Of a DNA stretch of 64,000 nt, positions 52,616-64,000 are shown one piece after another. The DNA comes from Squalus acanthias (lineage: Eukaryota): contig CM059432.1 in NCBI GenBank assembly GCA_030390025.1, forward strand, positions 67,644,001 through 67,708,000, in the 5' to 3' direction. The notes beneath the pieces were generated by a model that saw only the letters and a list, made by a program, of their open reading frames with translations, searched no databases and was not told the DNA's origin. Within the stretch, counting starts at the first letter, position 1. Every line of letters starts with the position of its first letter. Both the position numbers and the translations under genes were made by a program.

Positions 52616-52747
52616 TAACAGGTCTGTGGTGCCCTTGGATGTCCGGGGCTGCACGTGCACTACACTGAATGGATCAGTGTGTTTGGTCCACGTCCAACTT
52701 CTTAGAGAGGCAAGTGGCGTATAGCCACACGAGATTGAGTAATGACA
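52616..52747 (+). pseudogene. 18S rRNA fragment, two adjacent segments in swapped order
   Basis: taacaggtctgtggtgcccttggatgtccggggctgcacg...ctacactga precedes tccaacttcttagagaggcaagtggcgtatagccacacgagattgag; native order is the reverse. Confidence 0.88.
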
Positions 52748-53359
52748 TCATCACCGTGTGCAGCGCCCCGCTTTCGTCCCACCTGCAAAATTAGCCCGCG
52801 CCACCTGAATCTGCACCGGGCGATGACAGCAACCGATTCAGGGGGTGGGAATGGAGCAGCAGGAGGCTCGCGGGGTGCTAGCTAAAGGGGAGGTGGCGGG
52901 CGGGGAAAAAAGAGGCCGATTTTTGCGTCTTTGAACGCGGAGTCCGTGCCGCGATCTGGCAGCCTGGCTCTCCTCTTGAGTCCTGGGCTGCTGGCATGGC
53001 ACCCCGTTCCCCGGTGGTCCAGGTAGGGCCCAGCAGAGTTGTGGGCTTGGGCCCTCCCCTTTAATGAAGGGAAGAGCCCTTCCATGCGGCAGCGCTACGT
53101 GGCCCAGTGCGTACCGCTGCAGGAAGCACTGCCCCGATATTATGTGGCTCGGTGTCAAATTTTGCTTGATAACGTTCCTGTGAAGCACCTTGGGACATTT
53201 TATTACATAAAAGGTGCTATATAAATGCAAGGTGTTGTTGTTGTTATGACATTTCTATAGCTACATCCATGAAACAGGATGTTCTGAATGTTCTGAATCC
53301 TACACAACTTCTGCCAAACATCTTCTACTGAATGTCACAGTTGGAGAGCATCTCGGGAA

Positions 53360-53795
53360 TTTTTTTTTATTCGTTCCTGGGATGTGGACGGCGCTGGCAA
53401 GGTCAGAATTTATTACCCATCCCTAATTGCCCTTGAGAAGGTGGTGGTGAGCCGCCTTCTTGAACCGCTGCAGTCTGTGTGGTGAAGGCACTCCCACAGT
53501 GCTGTTAGGGAGGGAGTTCCAGGATTTTGACCCAGCGACAATGAAGGAACGGCGATATATTTCCAAGTCAGGATGGTGTGTGACTTGGAGGGGAACTTGC
53601 AGGTGATGGTATTCCCATGCGCCTGTTGCCCTTGTCCTTCTTGGTGGTAGAGTTCGTGGGTTTGGGAGGTGCTTTCAGAGAAGCCTTGGGGAATTACTGC
53701 AGTGCATCTTGTAGATGGTACACACTGCAGCCATTGTGCGCCGGTGGTGGAGGGAGTGAATGCTTAAGGTGGTGGATGGGGTGCCAATCAAGCAG
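53360..53795 (-). mobile_element. 3' fragment of the SINE-headed LINE family
   Basis: Highly similar to 18530-18960. Confidence 0.9.
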
Positions 53796-53799
53796 GCCA

Positions 53800-56030
53800 A
53801 TCAATAGTGATCATAGTATCATAAGTTTTAGATTAATTATGGAGAAGGGCAAGGAGCAATCTAGAATAAAAATACTTAACTGGAGGAGGGCTCATTTCAG
53901 CGAATTGAGGAGCGATCTTACCCGGGTAAATTGGAGTCAAAGATTGGCAGGCAAAAATGTAATAGAGCAATGGGTGGACTTTAAAGAAGAGATGGCTCGT
54001 GTACAGTCTAGGTACATTCCTAGAACGGGGCAAGGGAGGGCAACCAAAGCCAGAGCTCCCTGGATGATGAAACAATTGGAGAGTAGGATGAAGCACAAAA
54101 AGGGGGCATATGACAGATGTCAACTTGATAATACAAGGGAATATCAGGTTGAATATGGAAAGTACAGTGGTGAACTGAAAAAGGAAACAAGAGGGGCAAA
54201 GAAACAGTACGAGAATAGATTGGCGGCTAACATAAAGGGGAATCCAGGCATATTAACAGTAAAAGGGTTGTCAGAGGAGCGGTGGGGTCGATTAGGGACC
54301 AAAATGGAGAACTATTGGTGGAGGCAGAAGGTATGGCTGAGGTACTAAATGAGTATTTTATATCAGTGTTCACCAAGGAAGAGGACTTTACCAAAGGAAA
54401 AGTAAACAAGGAGATTGCTGGGATACTGGATGAGATAAAAATAGATGAAGAGGAGGTACTAGACAAGCTGGTGGTAATTAAAATGGATAAATCACCCAGT
54501 CCGGATGGGATGCATCCTAGGTTGCTGAGGGAAGTAAAGGTAGAAATTGGGGAGGTCCTGGCCACAATCTTCCAATCCTCCTTAGATACAGGGGTGGTGC
54601 CAAAGGACTGGAGGTTGCAAATGTTACACCCTTGTTCAAAAAAGGGGAGAAGGATAAACCTGGCAATTACAGGCCAGTCAGTTTAACGTTGGTGGGGAAG
54701 CTTTTAGAAACAATAATCCGGGAGAAAATTAACAGCCACTTGGACAATCATGGACTAATAATGGAGAGCCAGCACGGATTGTTAAGGGCAAATCGTGTTT
54801 GACTAACTTGATTGAGCTTTTTGATGAGGTAACAGAGAGGGTAAGTGAGGGCAGTGCAGTTGATGTGGTGTATATGGACTTTCAAAAGGCATTTGATAAA
54901 GTACCACATACTCGGCTTGTTAGCAAAATTGAAGCCCATGGGATAAAAGGGGCAGTAGCAGCACGGATACAAAATTGGCTAAGGGATAGAAAACAGAGTT
55001 TTGTGGTGAATGGCTGTTTTTTGGAATGGAGGGAGGTATACAGTGACGTTCCCCAAGGTTCAGTACTAGGACCACTTGATATATATTAATGGACTTGGGG
55101 GTACCAGACACAATTTTGAAATTTGCAGATGACACAAAACTTGGAAGTGTAGTAAAACATGAGGAAGATAGTAATAGACTTCAAGAGGACATAGACAGGC
55201 TGATGGAATGGGCGTACACATGGCAGATGAAATTCAACGCAGAAAAGTGTGAGGTGATACATTTTGGTAGGAAGAATGAGAAGAGACCATACACACTAAA
55301 TGATACAATTTTAAAGGGGGTGCAAGAAAAGAGAGACCTGGGCTGCTTGTGCACAAATCTTTGAATATGGCAGGAAAGGTGAACAAAGCAGTTAATAAAG
55401 CATATGGGATCCTGGCCTTTATAAATAGAGGCATCGAGTACAAAAGCCAGGAAGTTATGCTAAACTTATATAAAACACTGGTTCGGCCCCAGCTGACACC
55501 ACACTTTAGGAAATACATGAAGGCTGTGGCGAGGATACAGAAGAGATTTACGAGAATGGTTCCAGGGATGAGGGATTACAGTTACATGGATAGACTGGAG
55601 AAGCCAGGATTGTTCTCCTTGGAGCAGAGAAGGCTAAGAGGAAATATGATAGAGGTGTTTAAAATTATGAAGGATTTAGATAGAGTAAATAAAGAGAAAC
55701 TGTTTCCAATGGCTGAAGGGTCGATAACGAGAGGGCAGAGATTTAAGGTGATTGGCAAAAGAACCAGAGGCGACATGAGGAAAAACTTTTTTATGCAGCG
55801 AGTGGTTAGGATTTGGAATGCATTGCCTGATAGGGTGGTGGATACAGATTCAATAGTCGCCTTCAAAAGGGAATTGGATAAATACTTGAAGGAGAAAAAA
55901 TTGCAGGGATATGGGGAAAGAGCAGGGGAGTGGGACTAACTGGATCGCTCTTCGAAAGAGTCGATGCAGACTAGATGGGCCGAATGGTCTCCTTATGAGC
56001 TGTACTATGCTATGATTCTATGATTCTATA
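53800..56030 (+). mobile_element. CR1 LINE, 5'-truncated ORF2
   Basis: SDH, SPDGMHPRLL, DFQKAFDKVPH, FADD and (ATTCTATG)n tail. Confidence 0.92.
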
Positions 56031-56539
56031 CTAGATCAGAAACTCATTCAATTTAATTTCGCCAACAAAAAATGTTCTGTCCTCTAAGTCCTTTAAATCC
56101 TGCAGCAGCATTAAATTTTGCACTCATAAAACAGCAAGCTCCCAGTGACAGGCATTATTCAGGCTGGGAGCTTGCTGATAATAACATAATTAAGCTAACC
56201 CTGTAGCTTGGTGGGGGAAGGAGTGAGGGAGGGATCAGCATACCTGCGCTTTGGTGCATACCATTACTACACCACCTGACTCTGCCCAGTTCATCACTGG
56301 ACATCAAAATCTATGGTACTTTGTACAATGCGTTTGACAAGATCTAAGATCTCAATTTCAACCATGTAGAAAGTGAATTTATTTAAAGTTGCAGCTATTT
56401 TTCACTTTCTAACATGTGCAAGTTTGAAACACAATCAAACAATTCCCACAAATGCACGACGTATCTGAGTGGAGACTTAGGATATGTCAGACCCCGACTT
56501 TTCAGCATTCTGATGATGAGCTCAGTGGTCCTACCATGA

Positions 56540-56950
56540 AAAGGCTAATGATTGCAGACAGTCAGAACTATATGACGGCACTGCATTGATTCTCTGCAGA
56601 TGGTTGGCAAATGGCAGGGATAATGGTGACAGAGTCTAATGCCATCCTTTGCAATACTGTCAAAGAAGGTATCTATAAAATGCAGAGCATCCTGGAGCGA
56701 GTGGCGGCTGCAGGAACTTCTGCATATGTCCAACAGAATACAGAAGCTTTCTGATACATTACTCTGTGGGTATATTGAAGAATGATCTTCTGTGTCTATA
56801 CACTTTGGTGGTTTGGTATCTGTAGAAGGGACTGAATTTCCTGTAATGTAGCCTTATGAGTCTGGTTTCCTTGGTTGCCTGCTGTTCCTCCTCCTTCTCC
56901 TCCCTCAATAAATAATCATTAACAGGGGAATTCCTATGGGGAAACATATT
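56540..56950 (-). mobile_element. Old Harbinger transposase N-terminal relic
   Basis: KVYRHRRSFFNIPTE*CIRKL resembles RVFREHFSYLQLSEEQCIRRL in ORF 57866-58258. Confidence 0.5.
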
Positions 56951-57309
56951 TTGCTGTCATCCCTTCATTTTAGGGAAATTCCCCAAACAAGAAATTGACT
57001 TGAAGGAGACTTCTAAGTGAAGCTTAGAGGCTCAAATATAAAGAGCATTTTTTTTGACAGCAGGCCAATCAAAAGTAATGAATCATTATATAACAGCACA
57101 ATTAAACACAGCAATTAACCTGTAAGATCCCAGCCTTCCTCAGCTACTGTTCTAAGTTATGCCTGTTTTATAGTAGAATAATGGATTATAGGGCATAGCT
57201 TGAAGGATGCAGCAAAATACAACAGATCCTCTCTAAGTCTAAGCTTTTGCTCCACAGTTAAATCTGACATGTTTATGTCCTAGCAAGCCAGTGGCATTTT
57301 AGGGTAATA

Positions 57310-60300
57310 GGGGGAAAAATTCGGTACCTTAGTGCCTCTAGTTTGCACCAGCAGATGGCGCTATTGGGGCGCTAGAGCATTATTGGCGCGGTGAGGTGAA
57401 TCCAATGCTGCACGCCAAATCCTGCACCTCCGCAGCGCCGCTGCTAACAGTTATCGCTGGGAACATCAATGCCAGGTGGATCGAGACCTCAGTGAGTGTG
57501 CAACACTCACTGACCGCCCGATTTGCGAAATTGATTGTCGCCACCTACCTTAGCACCTGGAGGAAACAGCGACAGGGAGAGCTGGCATGAAGCAACAGGA
57601 AGCCGGCTCCAGGGATGTTATTTAAAGGGATCATCAGTAATGAGTCGCAGCTGTAGGTTAGTGGAATTTCAGTGCTTTTTTGTCAGCTTCACATAGTGCA
57701 AAAGTCTCATTCCGTAATTTCAATGTTATTTAGTATCAGGAGTGTTTTGGCAACTAAAAAGTAGCTACATTTATTCTTAAAAAAATCAAACTGCTACACT
57801 TGGTGACATTAATGGGGGCTGTACTGACATTCTGTGACCTCCCGGATGCAACGATGAATGACGAACTACGAGATGTTAGCTATGTCTCCTGTTGCAGACT
57901 GGAAGGATCCGCTTTCAAAGAAATTAAGGGCGACAGTGACCTTGACTGCGACTGAGAGAGCTGTGATCACCCTGATCTGAGGCTGGAGGTCTGGTTGCAG
58001 GAGGTGGCAGAGTTCTGTGACCACCTCCTTGGTGAAGCGGAGCCTTCTAATGCACTGCTCCTCGCTTAATTGGAGGTAGGAGAAGTGCTCTCGGAATACC
58101 CTTGGAGGATAAGGCCTCCTGTTGAAAGCCCTGATGGCCCTCCTCCTCCCTCTGGCCACATGTTCCAGTCTTTCTCGCTGCCTCTGCTGTAGATCTTGGA
58201 GGGTGAGGTTGACTGTCAGTGTAGCCCCCATTAATATCACCAAGTGTAACAGTAACAAGAGGCACTAAGGGATTGCACAAGGGTGAATAGGTAATATTTT
58301 TGTTGTAAATATGTGTTCACTGATTTTTGATAAAATTTATTAATTCAGTTTGGATTCTTTTGTGGCGTCTCTCATTTCAGCTTTGCACTGTGATATGACC
58401 TGCAACAGGGATGGAGTGATGGGGATGTGGTGAGCAACAGGGATCTGTGGTTTAATTTATTGGAATCGCAGTCTGATGAGATGGTCACGGACCGCCCTCC
58501 CAGAAGGCCGATTGAGTGGCTGCCTCCTCCCTCGCTCCTTCTCCTCGTCCTCCTCATCCTCCTCATTGTCATCCTCATCTTTCTCTTCCTCCTCATCCTC
58601 CTCTCCTCCTCTCCCTCTTCCTCCTCCTGAGGTGGTCCTGCAATCCCTGGTGGCAAGGGCTGGACTCTCATGATGGCCAAGTTGTGGAGCATGCAGCAGA
58701 CCACCACGAAATGGGACACCCGCTCACACCCTGCTCAGCCGAGTACTGGAGGGCTCCTCCCGAGCAGTCAAGGCAGCAGAACCATTGCTTCAGCAGGCCG
58801 ATGGTCTGCTCGATGATGTTCCTGGTGGCAGCATGACTGTCATTATATGAGTGCTGGGCAGGAGTGTTGGGGTTGTGGAGGGGAGTCATGAGCCAGGTGG
58901 AGAGCGGATAGCCCTTGTCTCCAACCAGCCAGCTGCCAGCTTGACGTGGTGGCTGTAAGCGTGCTGGCACAGCGGTCTGGCTGCAGCCCACTCATCCCCG
59001 GTGCCTCACCCGGTGCAGATCCCACTACTATACTAGCCTCTAAAGAACGCGTAGTGCCAGTATCTGAGCTGGTGCCTGCAGGTGAGAGATGCAGTGACGC
59101 GGTGTGTTCTTCGTCCTCCTCTTCTCCCGCATCGCCCTCTAAGGTGCCCTCAGGGACAGGCTGCTCAGGTGCTTGCTGATTATCTGAAAGCATAAAGGCA
59201 CAAGAGTCAGGTTAAGGTGAGAGGAGGGGGACAGGAAGAGAGAAATGCATGCATGCAACATGATTAGCTGGAAAGTGCGAAAGGCTTGTGGGGTGAGGGA
59301 GAAGTGGGATGTGAGAAGAAGGAGTAGGGCTGAACATACCGTTGTTGTCCCTAAGGGGGTCAACGTCGCCGGTGGCCACAGTGCCCACCACCTGGCGCCC
59401 AATAATCTGCAGCACTCGATTTTCCAGCACAGACAGTGGTTCGGTGTCAGCTTGTCCACCGCCTGTGCGCTCCTGCTCCCTCCTGTTGTGAGCCACCTTG
59501 GCCTGAAAGAGAAAGGAAAGTGTGTGGAGCAATGTGTTTGGGTGATGTGCCTGCCATAGTTAAATAGCTGTCATTGTGTACAAAATGTGAGATGTGGGTG
59601 TGAGTGTTGGTAGGTAGAGATTGTTGGTGGGTGAGTGCTGGGGGTGTGGTGCTTTGGGCAGTGTATGAAGATTGTGATACAGACGGTGGTATGTAGCATT
59701 TGTTGAAGCATTGACTCACCCTGACCACCCGAATGTGGTTGTTAAATTTCTTCCTGCACTGTGTGTGGGTCCTGGGGACCACAGTGCTGCCCTCCACATG
59801 CTGCACTACCTCCCTCCACATGGTGCGGAAGACTTGCGGTTGGGGCCTCCTGCCACTTGCTGGTTTAAAGCCTGGTACTAATTCTCCAACTTTTCTAATG
59901 ATACCGCCCATTCCTGGGCTATAATGAATTTCCAGCTCATTTTTTATCACAATTCAGTATGTTCGTTTTGCATTCAGAGCAACTTAATGAGGTGTGAACT
60001 AGTGAGTAAGCACAGTTGTTTCTGGCTGAAACAAACGGAGCGCTTCAGACACTATGGAGGAGATATTCGATATAGCCCCGGTGGGGGCGCTAAAACTTTA
60101 AGGGGTAAAAATTCAGTTGGTTGCGCCTCCCGTTAGCGCCTTAAGAGGGCGCTAATGGGGCGCAAAGCCGCTAACGCCCGGGCGCAGTGATGTTTGCGCC
60201 GCTCGGGAACTTAACTTGACATTGTGCGGCGGCGCTAAAACTTACCGCTGCGACCACCTGCGCGCGCAGATTGTGACGTCATTCCATGGTGCAACGCCCT

Positions 60301-61732
60301 TGTGGCGCCCCGGAGCGGAAATTGAGTGGCGCCCCCTGCCTTACCGCCTGGCGCTTCCAACGACCAGAAGACTGGAACGCTATCAATCGCTGTGGGGCTG
60401 GGGGGGGGGGCGCTATTTAAAGGGGGCCTCTTCCTGTCTTTTATTGTTGGTGGCATTTTTGAACTACGCATTCTGAGAGAGAGAGGGAGAGACTTCTGGA
60501 GAGATTCAACGTTGTGTGAAGGAGTTTTGGGTACTGAGCAGCACTTTGCAGGTTCATTTTGATTTGCCATTCCTTGTATCGATTTAGCAGAGACTGTGGG
60601 AGCTGCACTCTGAGCTCTTTGCCTGGTACTCTCCATTGTTCTTTCCAGCACATTTGATGTGCAAGTCTCTCCAGGCCGAGATTCAAGGCTGCAATGAACA
60701 GGATGTGGATGGAAAGCAAGATTAACCATCCCCTTTAAGAACTGGCCCGTGCCATTGTGTGTGTGTTCCATTGCTGACTGACATTACATGAGCTTCGCCA
60801 GCGCTCTGAGTTAGCGCCTCACTGCTCGGCCTTTGCGCCTTAAGACAGGTGTGCAGCGCCTGCTTTAGCGCTCCACTCACCTCCCGGGGCGGTAAAAGTG
60901 AAGTTTCCAGTCAGTGCCGATAATTAGCGCCAGGCGCTAATATTTGCGTCCAGACGATATTTGCGCCCCAAATGGGGCGCGACCTAATTTCTACCCCTAA
61001 AAGTTGAAAAATTTGCACCAGGCGATAATCATTCTCGCTTCCCGTGAAATTCAGTTTTAGTGCTCCAAGAGGGAAGTGGAGCGTTAAATCCAACGCTAAC
61101 CACTTCTCTTGGGGCGCTAAAGTCCGAGAGCGGGGCGGTAGCGGCAGAGTGCTAAACAATTTCGAGCGTATTGTAAACACCACTCTTTCATCACAGAGGC
61201 TGCTTCCCTCACTTAAAGGGAAGGGCCAATGATGCTGCACAAGCTAGTTGTCATCAGTTCTGTTTTGCAAGGCGACCTGGACGACTGCCATTACAGCCCC
61301 AAACACTCTCGAAGTGAAGGGGTTGGACATCTCGCCTCAATGAAACATTAAAAACTTTGCGCAGGCACCAGACTGGTGCAAATAATAAAGGTTGCGCGAG
61401 CTGAAAAACATTCCCTTTAATTACCGCTCCCGAAGCAGCCAGCCGAGTTCACAACGCCTCCTCTTGCTGGCATTGTCGGCGTGAGGTGATAAAGCAAGGG
61501 GCGAGAGTCAATTTTACATCCAGGGAGATAACGGGGCGCTGCGCATTTTATGACGTCACAATCTGCGATGCGCTAAAGGCCCAAGCGCTAAGAGTTAGCA
61601 CCGGCGCTAAACTGGCGCTGAAGTTCGCAGGCATCCCAGGATTCGCCGCGCCCAGCCGCTAACCCCTTAGCGCCTCATTAGCGCCCCTGTCAGGGGCTAA
61701 TGGGTGACACTAACATACCGAATTTCGCGGCC
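57310..61732. mobile_element. Rearranged PIF/Harbinger element (HARBI1-like transposase pieces and Myb/SANT gene)
   Basis: TIR cores AAATTCGGTA / TACCGAATTT; ORFs 57866-58258 (SEEQCIRRLRF...ALNFFESGSFQ), 58668-58991 (LVGDKGYP...IEQTIGLLK), 58372-58719 (CCMLHN), 59447-59950 (QCRKKFN). Confidence 0.8.
60102..60997. mobile_element. Harbinger MITE, family Y copy 2 (nested)
   Basis: Perfect TAA TSD (60099-60101, 60998-61000); GGGGTA.AAATT TIRs. Confidence 0.92.
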
Positions 61733-61879
61733 TATAAGTGGCAACTATGAAATTGACGTTAATGTAAATAGATAATGGTTATCACTTTTTGGCCGATATA
61801 AATGACTGCCCATTTTAAGCATGGACGTTTGAGCAGCAGCTGGCATCACTACAGTGCATCTGTGAGACTGAGAGCTACG

Positions 61880-62110
61880 TGGATAGCACATTTCAAGAGG
61901 TGGTCACCCCGCAGCGTAAGAGGTGTACAGGCAGAAAGGGAATGGGTGACTACCAGACAGACAAGGAGCACCAGGCAGGTAGTGCAGGAGTCCCCTGAGT
62001 GCATCTCACTCTCTAACCAAATGGCACCACAGGTGGCTCAGCTGTACATGGAGGGAGGAGGAAGATCGGGAATGCAATAGTGATAGGGGATTCAATAGTT
62101 AGGGGAACAG
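61880..62110 (+). mobile_element. CR1 ORF1 fragment, target of the proviral insertion
   Basis: gtgataggggattcaatagttagggga encodes VIGDSIVRG esterase motif directly before the LTR. Confidence 0.75.
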
Positions 62111-63777
62111 TGTAAGGGTTTCTGACCCGTGTGGCTCTGTGCTCAGCCTGGGTGCTAGTGCGAGGTTAGGCCTTGTTGCCTGTTCTGGTCTCCAGCCAGT
62201 CTGGGAGCACTAGACACCTGTGAGTGGTTCGACCCACTCGCCCTTACGGTTCTGACACTGGACTTAGGTGCGAGAGCAATAATGGAGAGAAAAACTCAGG
62301 TAGACCCGGTTGAATGGTGCGAAATGGAAAATCTTTATTGCATATTATTCAAGATTATGAACTACATGTCATAAGCACAGATTAATGACAGTACAATCTT
62401 ACACGCAGTTATGTAACTAATTTCAGGGAAACGAGGAACGAACGACACATCGTAAATGGGGGCACACATTACAGTTATCCTTAAAACTTAAACCCTCCCC
62501 TATCAATACCTGCTCTAAACTAGATTTGTAGGATCGAGACTCATGCTCACCACTCGTGATAACTCGGAGAATTCCGAAAACTCTGATCGGATGTTTTCCC
62601 CGCAGCACCTGATCACCCACGTGTTGATCAGGGGTCTCTGTACCCCACTTGTTTACTCGTTTCTGCTCCGGCTAGCAGGCTGGACCGTCTGCTGTCATGA
62701 AGATCTGTGTTGTCCTCGGAGTTCCGACACGACTCGAAAAATAGTCTTCCTGTGCCCTCGCACTGATTCGATAAAACTCAAAGAATAGTCTTCCGATGCC
62801 AGTTCTGTAGAACTCAAAGATGGTCTTCCTGGGCAAGGAAAGTGTCTATTCGACCTACAGGCACGGTCGGGGCTTACTGACCGTGGCGATACGTATGGTC
62901 GTCTTCTTCTCTTCTCATCTCATCTCATCTCATCTCATCTCATCTCGTCTCGGGCCTTCGGTTCCAACACCGTTTACCGACTTCTCGGGATGGTGTGCCC
63001 GTTTCAAAGCTTCACAGCCCAGTTCCACACAGATCTTCGCGGCAAGCCACGAGGCTGATCCTGGCGGATCGTAAAGTTCAACAGTCTTTAAAAGCTGCAA
63101 GAGACAGAGACACGAGGCAAGCGGCAAGGAGTCGAAAGGATAAGAGAAAAATGGACGGTTGCAGCTTACAGTTATAGTGCGAACACTCTTCTTTTTCCCG
63201 CCCAACCTTAATGTCTTTTCTTTTGTTAGGGTTTTGGCGCTCAAATTTCTTGTATAGGGTGATCTCCGTTTAATGGGTTTCGGGGATACTCGTAACTGTC
63301 TGAGTACCTGTTAATACTTTTCCAATGTGTAACCGGTCGGTATTCTCCCTGAGGGGTTTTGGGGCTTCCAAATGTTTTCTGTAACTACCCGCAAACGGCT
63401 CTCTCATCGTAGAGTCGTGGGGATTTTGCATATTAATGTCTTTGGATGGGTTCTTGATCGCTTGGTACAATAGCCCTTATTCGCACCTGGGAGACCGATT
63501 CCAGTATTTATGTGTATACTGCAAACCCATAATGTCTCGTGTATTATCTCAAATGTGCTGAGTCTTGATCGATCTCGCACAAATGTTTATTGGAACGCCA
63601 TCTTGTCTGCTTATCGAAAAGTCTAGAATGTTCTGCCACGAGGCGTGGCGGCCATTTTTACAGGCTGCTTGTGTCCACTTTGAAAACCTGACAGCATTCT
63701 GCTGAAATAAAACTGTTTGAACGAAACTATGTGTTTTCTCCTTATTTATAAAATCGCGATATATTGCGAATTCTACA
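62111..63777 (-). mobile_element. 3' LTR (family 1) of a provirus extending beyond the window
   Basis: Same LTR as 1292-2963; no TSD; preceded on the minus strand by PPT-like CAGGAGGG-AC. Confidence 0.85.
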
Positions 63778-64000
63778 GTCCCTCCTGTTGATGCGAATAA
63801 CTCCGCTTATCGTATCAAAAAATATTGTGGTGAGCAATATTATCTCGATTTCTCCAGATCCAGAAAAATAATCCCCATAACTTAAACTATCTAGGGTCTT
63901 TGCGTCGTCCTTATTTCCCAAAAAATTACATTCTTATAACACCGCAGGCATTATTTGCCTTTAAACTTACACCACTTGTTTTCCTTCCAGGCGTAACCAG
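63778..64000 (-). mobile_element. Proviral internal 3' region with polypurine tract
   Basis: Minus strand ...caacaggagggac|TGTAGAATTC; sequence does not resume the CR1 ORF1 flank. Confidence 0.75.

Larger units (their letters stand above)
52005..53150. mobile_element. GC-rich Harbinger-type MITE fragment (probable left TIR gggctagaaatt at 46861)
   Basis: ttagc/gggcgc-rich subterminal motifs like those of family Y; interrupted by CR1-18S insert. Confidence 0.55.

Noticed and set aside
52616..52747. Functional rRNA gene
   Set aside because: Only about 130 bp, mutated and permuted.
57866..58991. Domesticated HARBI1 gene
   Set aside because: Fragmented, rearranged and flanked by TIR-like ends; a transposon relic.

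Overview
Repeat-dominated vertebrate DNA; the TE families suggest a cartilaginous fish (inference). Most of the window is nested transposable elements: many CR1 LINEs (one with an 832-aa open ORF2 segment), two full-length CR1-group LINEs that begin with a tRNA-SINE-like head, L2 and DeuSINE remnants, a Penelope element with a hammerhead-like 3' end, PIF/Harbinger relics plus MITEs (3-bp TSDs), and five long LTRs of two related families (1.4-1.7 kb, TG..CA ends, clean 4-bp TSDs at two copies). The last LTR (62111-63777) adjoins a polypurine tract and internal proviral sequence running off the window. Main observations: (i) a proviral RNA hairpin whose loop is exactly complementary to a splice donor conserved in all five LTRs; (ii) SINE-headed LINEs with no visible ORF1; (iii) a permuted 18S rRNA fragment at a CR1 5' junction; (iv) a duplicated CR1 tail with A-to-G-biased divergence; (v) three phase-compatible candidate host exons on the minus strand. 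Family names come from visual motif recognition, not database searches. Boundaries of old elements are approximate.
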